Positions 50,956 to 61,147 of a DNA stretch of 64,000 nucleotides are shown here, one piece after another. Made by a program: the position numbers and the translations under genes. The notes under the pieces were generated by a model. That model searched no databases and was not told the origin of the DNA. It saw only the letters and a program-made list of their open reading frames with translations. Location of the stretch: the NCBI GenBank assembly GCA_965237475.1, contig OZ250140.1, forward strand, positions 2,786,720 through 2,850,719, read 5' to 3'. The first letter of the stretch is position 1. Each line of letters opens with the position of its first letter. This stretch comes from Dehalococcoidia bacterium (GTDB lineage: Bacteria > Chloroflexota > Dehalococcoidia > Bin125).

Positions 50956-53900
50956 TCAACGGCCCGATGCGACCTCGGCGCGGAAGTTCTTGAACTCGCC
51001 GTAGAATTGCTCAACTTCGATCCCGAAGGCTGTCTCGAAGGCCTCGCGCCACGATTCGGAATCGGGCAATTGGCGGTGGTAGTCGAGCAGCGCCCCTTCG
51101 CCAGTGAGTTGCACGAGAAACTCGGCGGCGATGAAGCTGAGGCCGGCCGACACATCGCTCGCCACTTCGCTGAACGAAGCTGCCGGTTCAAAGGCAGCAA
51201 GTGGTTGCGCAACACGCGCCGCGCTGGTGATCCGTTGCTGGCGGCGGCCTTCGGCGCCGCTCAGGCCTGCCGACAATGCGTAGGCGTCGAGTACGTAGTA
51301 CCAGATCCCTGCGGTCAGCCAGGCTGGCCCCAAACGGCCGACCCCGCTGGACGCCGGCGGCAGAGACGCTCCAGCTGACAATCGATCACGAACGTTGGCG
51401 AAGTACGTCCAGTCCAACCCGTGGGCGCCGGTGCTGTAGCAGCCGAGGGAGAGGATGGTCACAGTGCGGCCGAGAGTGGTGTTGCATCCCGACGCTCTGG
51501 CCGATCGGCCAGTCGCGCGCAGGAAGACATTGGCCAGCGGCTCAGCGTGCGTCGCGATGTAGATTGTGTAGTCGGGGACGGGCGCGCCGAAGCGCTCGCT
51601 CATGAACGCCTGGATGTCGTTGAGTCGGTCGCGCAACTCGGACTGCGTCGCGGCCGGGACATCGCCGACGAAACGCAGCAGCGGTTCTTCGACCCCGTCG
51701 GTCAGGTGCGGCCAGGGCGGTGCTTCCTGCGTTCGGTAGACCTCGAACTCGCCGTAGAACTGCTCAACGTCGATCCCGAAGGCTGTCTCGAAGGCCTCGC
51801 GCCAATCGTTTGAATCGGGCAACATTCGGAAATACTCGAGCAGCGCCCGGTCCCCCGCGAGCTGCGTCAGGAGTTCAGCGGCGAAAAAGCTGAGGCCCCA
51901 CGATGCATCGCTGCCCGCCTCCGCAAGCGCCGCCGATGTCTCCAGTTCGGCGAGCGGCTGCGAAATGCGGGCGGCGCTACCGATCAGTTGTTGACGGCGG
52001 GCAACAGTATCGCTCAAGCCCGCGAATGAGAGGTAGGCTTGGCGCAGGTAGCCCTCAATTGCCGATGTCAGCCAGGCTGGACCCAATCGACCGAGCCCGT
52101 TGGATGCCGGCGGCAACGACCCCCAGTCGGCGAGGTGGCTACGCACTCCCCGGAGGTATGACCAGTCCAACCCGTGGGCGCCGGTTGCGTAGCAGCCGAG
52201 GGAGAGGATGAACACGGCGCCACCGTAGGTGGTGTTGCAAACACCTGGCCTGGGCGAATGGCCGGTCGCGCGCAGGAAGACATCCGCGAGCGGCTCCGCC
52301 TGCGTAGCGATGTAGACCGTGTAGTCGGGAACAGGCGCGCCGAAGCGCTCGCTCATGAACGCCTGAATGTCGTTGAGTCGGTCGCGCAACTCGGACTGCG
52401 TCGCGGCCGGGACATCGCCGACGAAACGCAGCAGCGGTCGCTCGACGGCGTCGATCAGGTGCGGCCAGGGCGGTGCTTCCTGCGTTCGGTAGACCTCGAA
52501 CGCTTCGTAGAACTCGTCGATCGTGAGGCCGAACGCGCCCTCGAAGGCTGCCTCCCAGCTCGCGGCGTCGGGCAACAGCCGGTAGTACTCGAAGAGCGCG
52601 GGATTGCCAGCGCGTTGCGCGAGCCACTCGAGGGCGAGGAAGCCGAGTCCCGTGGCGCTCGAGTACTCCTCGTACAGCCCAGCGCGCGTCTCCATGCTGC
52701 TGAGTGGCCGCTTGGTCCGGACCGCGAAGGAGATCTCCTTGTTCCGACTGTCGTCGGCCGCAGCGTGGCTCGCCGCAGCCCGATACGCATACTCCACATA
52801 CTTCTGGGCCGGCTCGACCAGCCAGTAGGGGCCTCGATCGTCGTAGCCCGCAGGCATGGCCGGCAGTGATTCCCGAGGCGCCAGGCGTCGACGTGCGGCC
52901 TGGAAGTGGACCCCGGCGAGGTTGTAGGAGATCGCCGCGCGACACGTGAGGTCAACGACCGCTACGTACCCACTGCTTTGCTTGGCGCAGAACCCGTCGC
53001 GAGGCTCTGCACCGAAGGCCCTCCGATGTGCAGCGGCGAGGGGTGGTTCGTCGACGCCAGCGAACACGGTGTACTCCGGCGCCCCTGCACCGAAGCTCTC
53101 CGCGAAGAAGGACTGAGATTTGCTGAACTCCTCGCGGACCGCCTGCTCGGTCTTCGGAGGCATTTCGCCCACCAACACGAGGACCGGCTCATCGCCGTCA
53201 TCCGCCACATGAGGCAGCAGCGGCGCGACCGCGGAGCGATACGCCTCGAATGTCTCGTAAAAATCATCGACCGAGATGCCGAACGTCGGCCCGAAGGCTT
53301 CCTGCCAGTTCGGCGCATCCGCCAAACTCGCAAAGAAGTCGACGAAGGCCTGATCGCCAGCGCGGTCCTCCAGCCAGCCGACGGCAAGCCATCCCAGCGA
53401 CCGGCCAAGTTCGTCCGGCTGACCGTGGAATGCGCCGTAGTCTTCAATGGCGGACAGCGGCGGCAGATCGTAATAGCCGAGCGCGGCTGCTGTTCGGTGT
53501 AAGGACTGTCTGTTCTGTTCCTCCATTGTTTGCGACGGTGACTGCGTTCCCCTGTAGATGACCGCCGCATGTATCGCGGACCCTTCGATCATCCATGTTG
53601 GTACCCGCTTATATGGACGCCCCATGAGGTGATATTGCAGCGCATGGAAGTACTCGTGTGCCTGGGCGCCACCGTTGATGCACAGGTCAACGAGGAATAT
53701 GACCGAGTTCGAGTAGTTACCGCAGGGAGGGACAGCGTCATGGCCCCGCACGCGTCGGTAGGTCGGTGCGACCGAATCTCGATCGCCTACGTAGGTGGTG
53801 AACGGCGCTTCTACTCCCCAGCGTTCGGCGAACAGGGCCCGGGCGCCGTCCACCCACCCGCGAATGTCGGCCTGCCGGGCCTCCGTTAATTCGCCGAGGA

Positions 53901-54615
53901 ACACGACCGGAGGCGGTGCGATACCCGACTGCCACCAGCGCGCACCTGCCGTCAGCTCCAGCGTTAGGGCATCGCCGTGATTGAGCGTCCGCAGCGTGTT
54001 GAGCGAGTCGGGGACGATCGGTGAGTAGAGCTCAAATGACTCGGTTTCAGCGTTCCAGCGGGTAGCATTTTGGAGCACCGGCTTGAGGCGAGACAGGGCG
54101 TCACCGATATCAACGCCGTCACGACCGGACCAACCCACGAGGTTCTCGCCGGGTTGAAGATCGAGCAGGACGCTCTCGCTTGCACTCTCTCTGACCCAGT
54201 CGAACGGTTGATCACCCTTGATCTCGAGCCACAACCCGGCGCCCTGAGGAATACGAAACAGGCCGCCCTCCGGCGCGCCGTCGCGCGACCTCCAGCGATA
54301 GCGTTGCTGGGCGGCGTCCCAGACCGCTGCGTTCTGTAGGGAAGGGATAGCGCTGAAGAGTTCCGCGGCCGCCGCTTCCGGACCCAGCCAGGCCACCATG
54401 TTCCAGCCGGCCTGCAGCACCGTGGTGATCGCACCGCTGTCGTCGGTCGGCTCCTCCGCCGCGACCGGGCGAGCTGGCGCAAGTAGCGCGCACAACAGGA
54501 CCGCGGCACACGCGGCAATGAGCACGCGCTGGAACCATGATCCTCTGTGGGCGTTTCTCGTGTTGGCAGGACGCGAAGGCTTGGGACCAGTTCCGGAGCC
54601 CTTCTGGTCCCACAT
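50956..54615 (-). CDS. Large secreted repeat protein with one HExxH metallopeptidase-like domain and three degenerate copies (start uncertain)
   Basis: Signal-like VLIAACAAVLLCALLAPARPVAA; two L..GWNxVxWxG repeats; AHEYFH...WMIEGSA; four domains each ending WxxAFxxxFGxxxxxFY. Confidence 0.75.
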   Translation of the reverse strand: MWDQKGSGTGPKPSRPANTRNAHRGSWFQRVLIAACAAVLLCALLAPARPVAAEEPTDDSGAITTVLQAGWNMVAWLGPEAAAAELFSAIPSLQNAAVWDAAQQRYRWRSRDGAPEGGLFRIPQGAGLWLEIKGDQPFDWVRESASESVLLDLQPGENLVGWSGRDGVDIGDALSRLKPVLQNATRWNAETESFELYSPIVPDSLNTLRTLNHGDALTLELTAGARWWQSGIAPPPVVFLGELTEARQADIRGWVDGARALFAERWGVEAPFTTYVGDRDSVAPTYRRVRGHDAVPPCGNYSNSVIFLVDLCINGGAQAHEYFHALQYHLMGRPYKRVPTWMIEGSAIHAAVIYRGTQSPSQTMEEQNRQSLHRTAAALGYYDLPPLSAIEDYGAFHGQPDELGRSLGWLAVGWLEDRAGDQAFVDFFASLADAPNWQEAFGPTFGISVDDFYETFEAYRSAVAPLLPHVADDGDEPVLVLVGEMPPKTEQAVREEFSKSQSFFAESFGAGAPEYTVFAGVDEPPLAAAHRRAFGAEPRDGFCAKQSSGYVAVVDLTCRAAISYNLAGVHFQAARRRLAPRESLPAMPAGYDDRGPYWLVEPAQKYVEYAYRAAASHAAADDSRNKEISFAVRTKRPLSSMETRAGLYEEYSSATGLGFLALEWLAQRAGNPALFEYYRLLPDAASWEAAFEGAFGLTIDEFYEAFEVYRTQEAPPWPHLIDAVERPLLRFVGDVPAATQSELRDRLNDIQAFMSERFGAPVPDYTVYIATQAEPLADVFLRATGHSPRPGVCNTTYGGAVFILSLGCYATGAHGLDWSYLRGVRSHLADWGSLPPASNGLGRLGPAWLTSAIEGYLRQAYLSFAGLSDTVARRQQLIGSAARISQPLAELETSAALAEAGSDASWGLSFFAAELLTQLAGDRALLEYFRMLPDSNDWREAFETAFGIDVEQFYGEFEVYRTQEAPPWPHLTDGVEEPLLRFVGDVPAATQSELRDRLNDIQAFMSERFGAPVPDYTIYIATHAEPLANVFLRATGRSARASGCNTTLGRTVTILSLGCYSTGAHGLDWTYFANVRDRLSAGASLPPASSGVGRLGPAWLTAGIWYYVLDAYALSAGLSGAEGRRQQRITSAARVAQPLAAFEPAASFSEVASDVSAGLSFIAAEFLVQLTGEGALLDYHRQLPDSESWREAFETAFGIEVEQFYGEFKNFRAEVASGR

Positions 54616-55449
54616 GGCTGCAACCCTAGCAAAGACATGTCTCGATCCACGGCGCTCGGCTTGCCCGCCGATCGGCCGAGCGTCGTCCTGCGTGGCCCTG
54701 TGAATATCCTCAAGGCATGACCCGTGCACCGCGTGGATTCCCCCAGATCCCGGTTGGCGTTGCATGACGGTCAGGGCGGCTTCAGCACGCCCCCCACGAA
54801 AGTTCGCAGTACGGTCTCGCTAGGCCCACCAATCCGGAGGAGTTAAAGAAGCCTCGTGTAGACGATTGCGTTGGAATTCTGATCCGAGGCCCAACGGTCT
54901 CGCCTGCCTTGGCTGTCAGCGGCTGAACTCCGCCAACCGAGCATGCGCCGGACTCCACTCGCTGCCGAGTCATTAGCGGAACACCTCAAAGCTCCTCCGT
55001 CTCTCGACTGAGTAATCGGTATGTCTTGCCAGGCGACAGGATGGGTGGCCGATTCTCGGGGAACCGTGTGGGTCATGTGAGGTTGACCAGCCCGCTGGTT
55101 TCGTGCGAATTGGTCGGCGAGGATGGTTGGCTGAGTCGTTGCGGGGTTCCGCGGCGCGATGGACGCCGGATTGCAAGCTCCCGTTGTTGTCGGCGCATGT
55201 GATCGAAGCAAGCGAGGTCATCAGCAGACTCGCAGTGGCGTCGATCCGACTGGTTCGCTGCCGAATCGTGCATGACCTATCACCGAAGCGGGAGCCGTAG
55301 CCGCCTCCTTCTTGCCTGGACACTCACGGATGGTCTAGTTTGCTCGTCCGTCCGCAAGACGCCCCGCCTCGCGCCAGCGGCTCGCCGGGCGCAAGACGAT
55401 CCGCCTCGCCGTTCACGTATGGTGAGACCATCGACCCGCGGGGCCAAGC

Positions 55450-55893
55450 ATGCCATCTGATCCTGAGACCGAAGCCGCGGCCGAGCCAACAGTCAGTGAA
55501 GATCTGCAGGCGGCCCAGCGATCGGGGATGCAGGAAGCCTCCGCGACGGTCGTTGCCACCCGTCTACAGTTGAAGAACTGGTTGAAGCTGTGGCGGTTCT
55601 TCAGGGTCAACGGCAGAGTCCAGCGACAACTGAAGGCCGATCCTGGTCTGTTCAGTTACTCCCTCAAGGCCGACTTTCTGCGGTTGCGTTTTTGCACGTT
55701 GTCAGTCTCGGCCGATGACCCGACCATTGATGCCTTTGTGCGAACCGGACACCACCGCCACGCGATCGCAGTGTTCGACGACATCGCGGTCCGTGAGCGG
55801 TCAGTCTTTGTGAGATGGCAGACGCCGGCGCCGCAGGATGTCACTTGGGCGGAAGCCGCTCAGCGTCTGGCTGCCGTACGTCCTCCCGCATGA
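55450..55893 (+). CDS. DUF3291-like (dimeric alpha/beta-barrel monooxygenase-like) protein
   Basis: ATRLQLK...RQLKADPGLFSYSL...FCTLSV...AFVRTGHHR; start uncertain. Confidence 0.55.
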   Translation: MPSDPETEAAAEPTVSEDLQAAQRSGMQEASATVVATRLQLKNWLKLWRFFRVNGRVQRQLKADPGLFSYSLKADFLRLRFCTLSVSADDPTIDAFVRTGHHRHAIAVFDDIAVRERSVFVRWQTPAPQDVTWAEAAQRLAAVRPPA

Positions 55894-56139
55894 TGCCGCC
55901 AATGCGATCGAGCTCAAGATCGCATGGTGTAACGAGGAGGAGTTGGCGCTCGCGTCGAATCTGGAAGCGGACATCTCGGACAATCTGCCTAGAATCGTGG
56001 CTCCGGCCTCCTTACAGGATTTGGTGCAGATGAGGGTCGGTCTCGCGCCCGCGAAATGCCGCGAATCGCAAGTGGAATTGTTGGTCCGTCTCGCTGAAGA
56101 TGGGCCACTCGATCTCCGCGCGACGGAGACCACTGCTTA

Positions 56140-56240
56140 ATGCAGGGCCTGGATCGAGTATTTCACTTTGAAGCGAGCCGCGAGGAATCGAACATCGAGA
56201 TCAGGACCTACGACTGGCTGCTTGAACAGTTTGAACGGCG
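56140..56240 (+). pseudogene. Possible remnant of a DUF4263/Shedu-like nuclease C-terminus
   Basis: SNIEIRTYDWLLE only; no upstream catalytic motifs recognised. Confidence 0.25.
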
Positions 56241-56339
56241 CTGCACCTGTTGGATGTTTGGCAGCGCCTCCATGTTTGCTGAGCAACAATTGAGCAGTGC
56301 TCAGCCCGGTGGGTCACCCTCCTGCCAGCGCCTAGGCCT

Positions 56340-56665
56340 GGCATGCTGCTGAAAAATGGCCTATGAGATCTCGGAGTTGCGAATTTTGTTGTAGCTGAGG
56401 GCGGCTGCGATGCGTAGCGAGTCTGAGCGGCAGGCGACGTTGATGTTGGGCTTGACGCCGGGTGGGTTCGTGCTCGAGGACCGCCCGCTGAGGCGCATGT
56501 CGCCGTTGTTCGACCAGCTCGGCGCGGCCGGCGGGGCCCTCGATCCCGCCCGAGTACCTGCTCAAGGCGAGGCTGTTGATGGCGTTCGGCAGGGACCGCT
56601 CGGAGCGCGAGTGCTGCGAGCAGTTGCGCTGCAACATCCTCGTCAAGTGGTTCTTGGACTTCGCT
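56340..56665 (+). mobile_element. IS5-family (DUF772-type) transposase 5' remnant with left-end IR
   Basis: GCATGCTGCTGAAAAA end; MRSESERQATLMLGLTP...PLRR; frameshift into PSIPPEYLLKARLL...RSERECCEQLRCNILVKWFLD; then truncated. Confidence 0.75.
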
Positions 56666-56771
56666 CTAAAGCTATCGTCCGCGCGACGAGCGGCCGTCCC
56701 GGGGAGGCGGGCGCGGACCGCTGGACTGGAGCCCGATGAGCGGCTCGGGTGGGGGTTTGCTGTGCGGTTGA

Positions 56772-56799
56772 TTGACAATGGTGCGGCTGTCATTAGGCT
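56772..56799 (+). promoter_or_regulatory. Candidate trp operon promoter
   Basis: TTGACA-N16-TAGGCT. Confidence 0.5.
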
Positions 56800-56816
56800 G
56801 AATGGCAGGAGTTGCG

Positions 56817-56924
56817 ATGACTCGCGCCGCCGACGCCCGCCATGCTCGTTTTGACTCGGGCCGTCGGCTGCTCGCGCGACACCGCACGTCCGGAGGTGAA
56901 GGGGCTTGGCGACGCGTTAGCTGA
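56817..56924 (+). CDS. Candidate trp leader peptide (35 aa, one Trp)
   Basis: CAGGAG RBS; MTRAADARHARFDSGRRLLARHRTSGGEGAWRRVS; GC-rich hairpin at 56938-56960 follows. Confidence 0.3.
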   Translation: MTRAADARHARFDSGRRLLARHRTSGGEGAWRRVS

Positions 56925-56981
56925 CGACGCCGACGCCCGCGGCTTGAGGACGAAGCCGCGACCAGCTCTGGAGCACCCGCC

Positions 56982-58475
56982 ATGCCTTCCACTGGCAGCC
57001 ACCACCCTTCGTTGGACGACTTCAAGGCCATCGCCGCGCGTGGCGAGGGCAACTTTGCGCCGATCTATCGTGAGGTCCTGGCCGACCTCGAAACGCCCGT
57101 CTCGGCCTTCCTGAAGGTCAAGCGGGGGCGCTATTCGTTCCTGCTCGAGTCGGTTGAGGGCGGGGAGCGTCCGGGCCGATACTCGTTCATCGGGACCGAG
57201 CCGTATCGCGTGATTCGGGCGGAGGCGGGCGGTGAGATCGACCCGCTGCGGCTGGTTGAGCAGGAGCTTGACCGCTTCGATTTGGTTGCCAGCCCCGATC
57301 TGCCGCCCTTCTGCGGCGGCGCGGTCGGGTATCTCTCCTACGAGGCGATCCGGCACTTCGAGCCTCGCGTGGAGCCCGCTCCGCACGATCATCACGGGCT
57401 ACCCGAAGCGCTATTTCAGCTCGTCGACACCGTGCTCGTCTTCGATCATCTCAAGCATGTGATCCGCGTCGTCAGCCACGCGCGGCTCGACGGCGATATC
57501 GAATCGGCCTATCGGCAGGCCCAGTTCCGGATCGACGAGCTGGTCGAGCGTCTGGAGGCCGGGCAGCCGGTGCCGCCCGGCGATGCCCCGGAGCCACCCG
57601 ATCATCAGAGCGCGATCCGCTCGAACATGGAGCGCGAGTCGTACTTCTCGGACGTGAAGCGGATCGTTGAGTACATCATCGCCGGCGACATCATTCAGTG
57701 CGTCTATTCGCAGCGGTTCTCGCGCGAGACGTTCGTGCATCCGTTCAACGTCTACCGCACGCTGCGCACGGTGAATCCCTCGCCCTATACCTATTACCTC
57801 GAGATGGACGACCACCAGATCGTCGGCACGTCGCCCGAGCTGCTGGTGATCGTGGAGGACGGCAAGGTCGCCACGCACCCGATCGCGGGCACCCGCCGCC
57901 GCGGTCAGACGGAGCAGGAGGACGCGGCGCTGGAAGCGGAGCTGCGCAGCGACGAGAAGGAGATCGCCGAGCACGTGATGCTGCTGGACCTCGGCCGCAA
58001 CGACGTCGGCCGCGTCGCCAAGCCGGGCACGGTACGGGTGACGCAGGAGCTCGATGTCGAGCGCTACAGCCACGTCATGCATCTCGTCTCCCACGTCGAG
58101 GCCGAGCTGCGCGACGACTGCACGGCCTATGACGCGGTCCGTGCGACGTTCCCGGCGGGGACCGTCTCAGGCGCGCCAAAGATTCGGGCGATGGAGATCA
58201 TCTCGGAGCTGGAGACCGACCAGCGTGGGCCTTACGCGGGCGCGCTCGGCTACTTCGGATTCGGCGGGAACATGGAGACCGCGATCACCATCCGCACCAT
58301 CGTGATGCAGGACGGCGTGGCGTCGGTGCAGGCAGGCGGGGGGATCGTGTTCGACAGCACGCCGGGCTTCGAGTTCGAGGAGACCGTCAACAAGGCGATG
58401 GGCATGCTCACGGCGCTCGACCTGGCAGAGGAGCGCAGCCGCTCGTCCTCGACCGGCGGCTCGCGAGGCTACTGA
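56982..58475 (+). CDS. trpE: Anthranilate synthase component I
   Basis: DLETPVSAFLK, LLESVEGGE..GRYSFIG, THPIAGTRRRG, FPAGTVSGAPKIRAM. Confidence 0.95.
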   Translation: MPSTGSHHPSLDDFKAIAARGEGNFAPIYREVLADLETPVSAFLKVKRGRYSFLLESVEGGERPGRYSFIGTEPYRVIRAEAGGEIDPLRLVEQELDRFDLVASPDLPPFCGGAVGYLSYEAIRHFEPRVEPAPHDHHGLPEALFQLVDTVLVFDHLKHVIRVVSHARLDGDIESAYRQAQFRIDELVERLEAGQPVPPGDAPEPPDHQSAIRSNMERESYFSDVKRIVEYIIAGDIIQCVYSQRFSRETFVHPFNVYRTLRTVNPSPYTYYLEMDDHQIVGTSPELLVIVEDGKVATHPIAGTRRRGQTEQEDAALEAELRSDEKEIAEHVMLLDLGRNDVGRVAKPGTVRVTQELDVERYSHVMHLVSHVEAELRDDCTAYDAVRATFPAGTVSGAPKIRAMEIISELETDQRGPYAGALGYFGFGGNMETAITIRTIVMQDGVASVQAGGGIVFDSTPGFEFEETVNKAMGMLTALDLAEERSRSSSTGGSRGY

Positions 58476-58522
58476 GCAACGGCGAAGAGCGGCCAAGAGC
58501 GACAAGTGAGCGGAGCCGAGTT

Positions 58523-59713
58523 GTGCCCGACGCGTTGATCATCGGCTATGGCGTCACATTTGACGACTCCGGCCGCGTGCTGCTGCTGCATCGCCGGCCC
58601 GACCATCCGCCCTGGGCCGACCACTGGTGGATGCCGGGCGACGTGACGCCGTTGACGGAGGAGCCCGACGCGACGGTGCCGCGGGTCTTCGAGCAGCTGA
58701 TGAGTCAGAGAGTCGCGGCTGGATTCCTTGCGACCATCTTCGGTGAGGAGCCCGCGACGGGCCGTCACACCGTCCACAACGCATACCGCGTGACGGTCGT
58801 CGCCGCGCTCGATTCGCAGCCGCAAGACGAGACGAATCCCTTCGACGCAGCTGAGTGGTACGGCCCCGAGCAGGCGCTCGCGCTGCTCCCCAACGAGCAG
58901 GCGGCGCTGCTCAAGACAGCGCTGGATCTGGAGGCGAAGGGCATCGTCCCCGAGCCGGCGGGCGACCTTGACGCGCTCTTCGCCGAGCAACCGACACGGG
59001 CGGCCCGACCCGCGGCGCCGATGCGACAGCCGCGCGAGGAGCGCCGTGCGCTCGGCGCAGAGCTGCTCGCCGAAGTGACGGGCAACCCCAACCTCGCCGA
59101 CGGGCTCTCCGAGCAGCTCGGGGCGCTTGGCGATTGGCTCGTCGAGCACGTCTGGGGCGAGGTCTGGCAGACCGAGCAGCCCTCGCGGCGCGACCGCAGC
59201 ATCGCCGCGATCGCGCTGTGCGCGAGCCTGCGTCTGCACGATGCGCTGCGCTTCAACGTCACTGTCGCTGGCGCGATGGGCCTGTCGCGTAACGAGATCG
59301 CCGAGGTCTGCCTCCAGCTCGCCGCGGACATCGGCTTCCCCTACGCCAACGAGACGCTCGGCCTGCTTGGCGCGCACTGGCAGCTGGAGAGTGACCGCTT
59401 CGCGCCGGCGGGTGTGCTGCCGCCGCCTATCTCGCGGCTCGGCGCTACGGCGCTTGATCGCATCTCGCGGGCGTGGGCGGTTGAAGAGGTCTACTCGCGT
59501 CCGCAGCTCGCGACGCGTGATCGTGCGATCGTCTCGCTGATGGCGGTCCTCGCGCTCGGCCCCTCAGAGGCCGTCGATTCCCACATGGCGAACGCACTCA
59601 GCAGCGGCGTCAGCGCGGCGGAGCTCGATGGGCTGATGCCGCTGGTCGCCGTGTTCGCCGGGATCCACCGCGCAGAAACGGGCGAACGCGCCCTTAAACG
59701 GCTCGTAGAATGA
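58523..59713 (+). CDS. Fusion of a degenerate NUDIX-like domain and two carboxymuconolactone decarboxylase (CMD/AhpD)-like domains
   Basis: GRVLLLHRR..HPPWADHWWMPG; VWGEVW...SRRDRSIAAIA; LATRDRAIVSL. Confidence 0.7.
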   Translation: MPDALIIGYGVTFDDSGRVLLLHRRPDHPPWADHWWMPGDVTPLTEEPDATVPRVFEQLMSQRVAAGFLATIFGEEPATGRHTVHNAYRVTVVAALDSQPQDETNPFDAAEWYGPEQALALLPNEQAALLKTALDLEAKGIVPEPAGDLDALFAEQPTRAARPAAPMRQPREERRALGAELLAEVTGNPNLADGLSEQLGALGDWLVEHVWGEVWQTEQPSRRDRSIAAIALCASLRLHDALRFNVTVAGAMGLSRNEIAEVCLQLAADIGFPYANETLGLLGAHWQLESDRFAPAGVLPPPISRLGATALDRISRAWAVEEVYSRPQLATRDRAIVSLMAVLALGPSEAVDSHMANALSSGVSAAELDGLMPLVAVFAGIHRAETGERALKRLVE

Positions 59714-60538
59714 CCATCGGAACGGAGTCCAACATGGCCACCCACGCAGAACGACGTGCCGCGGGCGCTCAGCTGCTCAGCGAGATGACCGGCGCGCCGG
59801 CCCCCGCCTTCGCGGGCATGGAACAGCGAACCGGGGCGTTCGGCACCTTCGTGCTCGATTACGTCTTCGGGCAAATCTGGCAGGGCGAGGAACTGAGCCG
59901 GCGCGACCGCAACCTCGCCTCGCTGGCGATGCTGGGCGCGCTCGAACGCTTCGACGCGGTCCGCTTCCACGCCAGCTTCGGTCCCGCCAATGGGCTGGGG
60001 CGCGAAGAGATCGCCGAAATCGCGCTGCAGATCGCGGGCTATTCGGGATTCCCGGCCGGCAATGGGATGATCGATGTGCTGCATCAGGCGTGGAGCGAGG
60101 CCGACGGCGAGCCGTACGTGATTCCTCCCGCCGCGCACAAGGATGACGAGCAGCGGCACCGCGACGCGGTCGACGTGATGCGCACGCTCAACGCCCGTGA
60201 TGAGGCGCAGGACCCGGCCGAAGCGTTGGCGGGGATGGAGCGGATTGGGCCGGTCGGCAAGTTGGCGTTTGAGTTCGCCTTCGGCGACCTGTGGTCGCGC
60301 GACCAACTCTCGCGGCGCGACCGATCGCTCGTCGTGGTCAGCATCCTGGTCGCCCTGAACAAGCTCGAAGAGCTGCAGTTCCACATCCCCGGCGCGATCA
60401 ATCACGGCGTGACCGCGACCGAACTCGAAGGCGTGATGGCCACCGCCGCCTATTGCTGCGGCTTCCCGCGGGCAGTCGAGGGCATGCGTCTGCTGCGCCG
60501 CATCCTGCGCGAACGCGAAGCTGATGGTGAGGCGGGCA

Positions 60539-60546
<8 letters not shown>
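59710..60546 (+). CDS. Tandem-domain CMD/AhpD-like protein
   Basis: FGQIWQGEELSRRDRNL and FGDLWSRDQLSRRDRSL; HIPGAINHGVT..EL; YCCGFP. Confidence 0.85.

Positions 60547-61133
<587 letters not shown>

Positions 61134-61147
<14 letters not shown>

Noticed and set aside
50860-56980. attR direct repeat of the tRNA-Glu 3' end
   Set aside because: No second copy of GAATCCCGTTGGGGCCA found by eye, and no integrase.
56800-56981. T-box riboswitch upstream of trpE
   Set aside because: No GGTGGNACC T-box motif and the leader is too short for a standard stem I.
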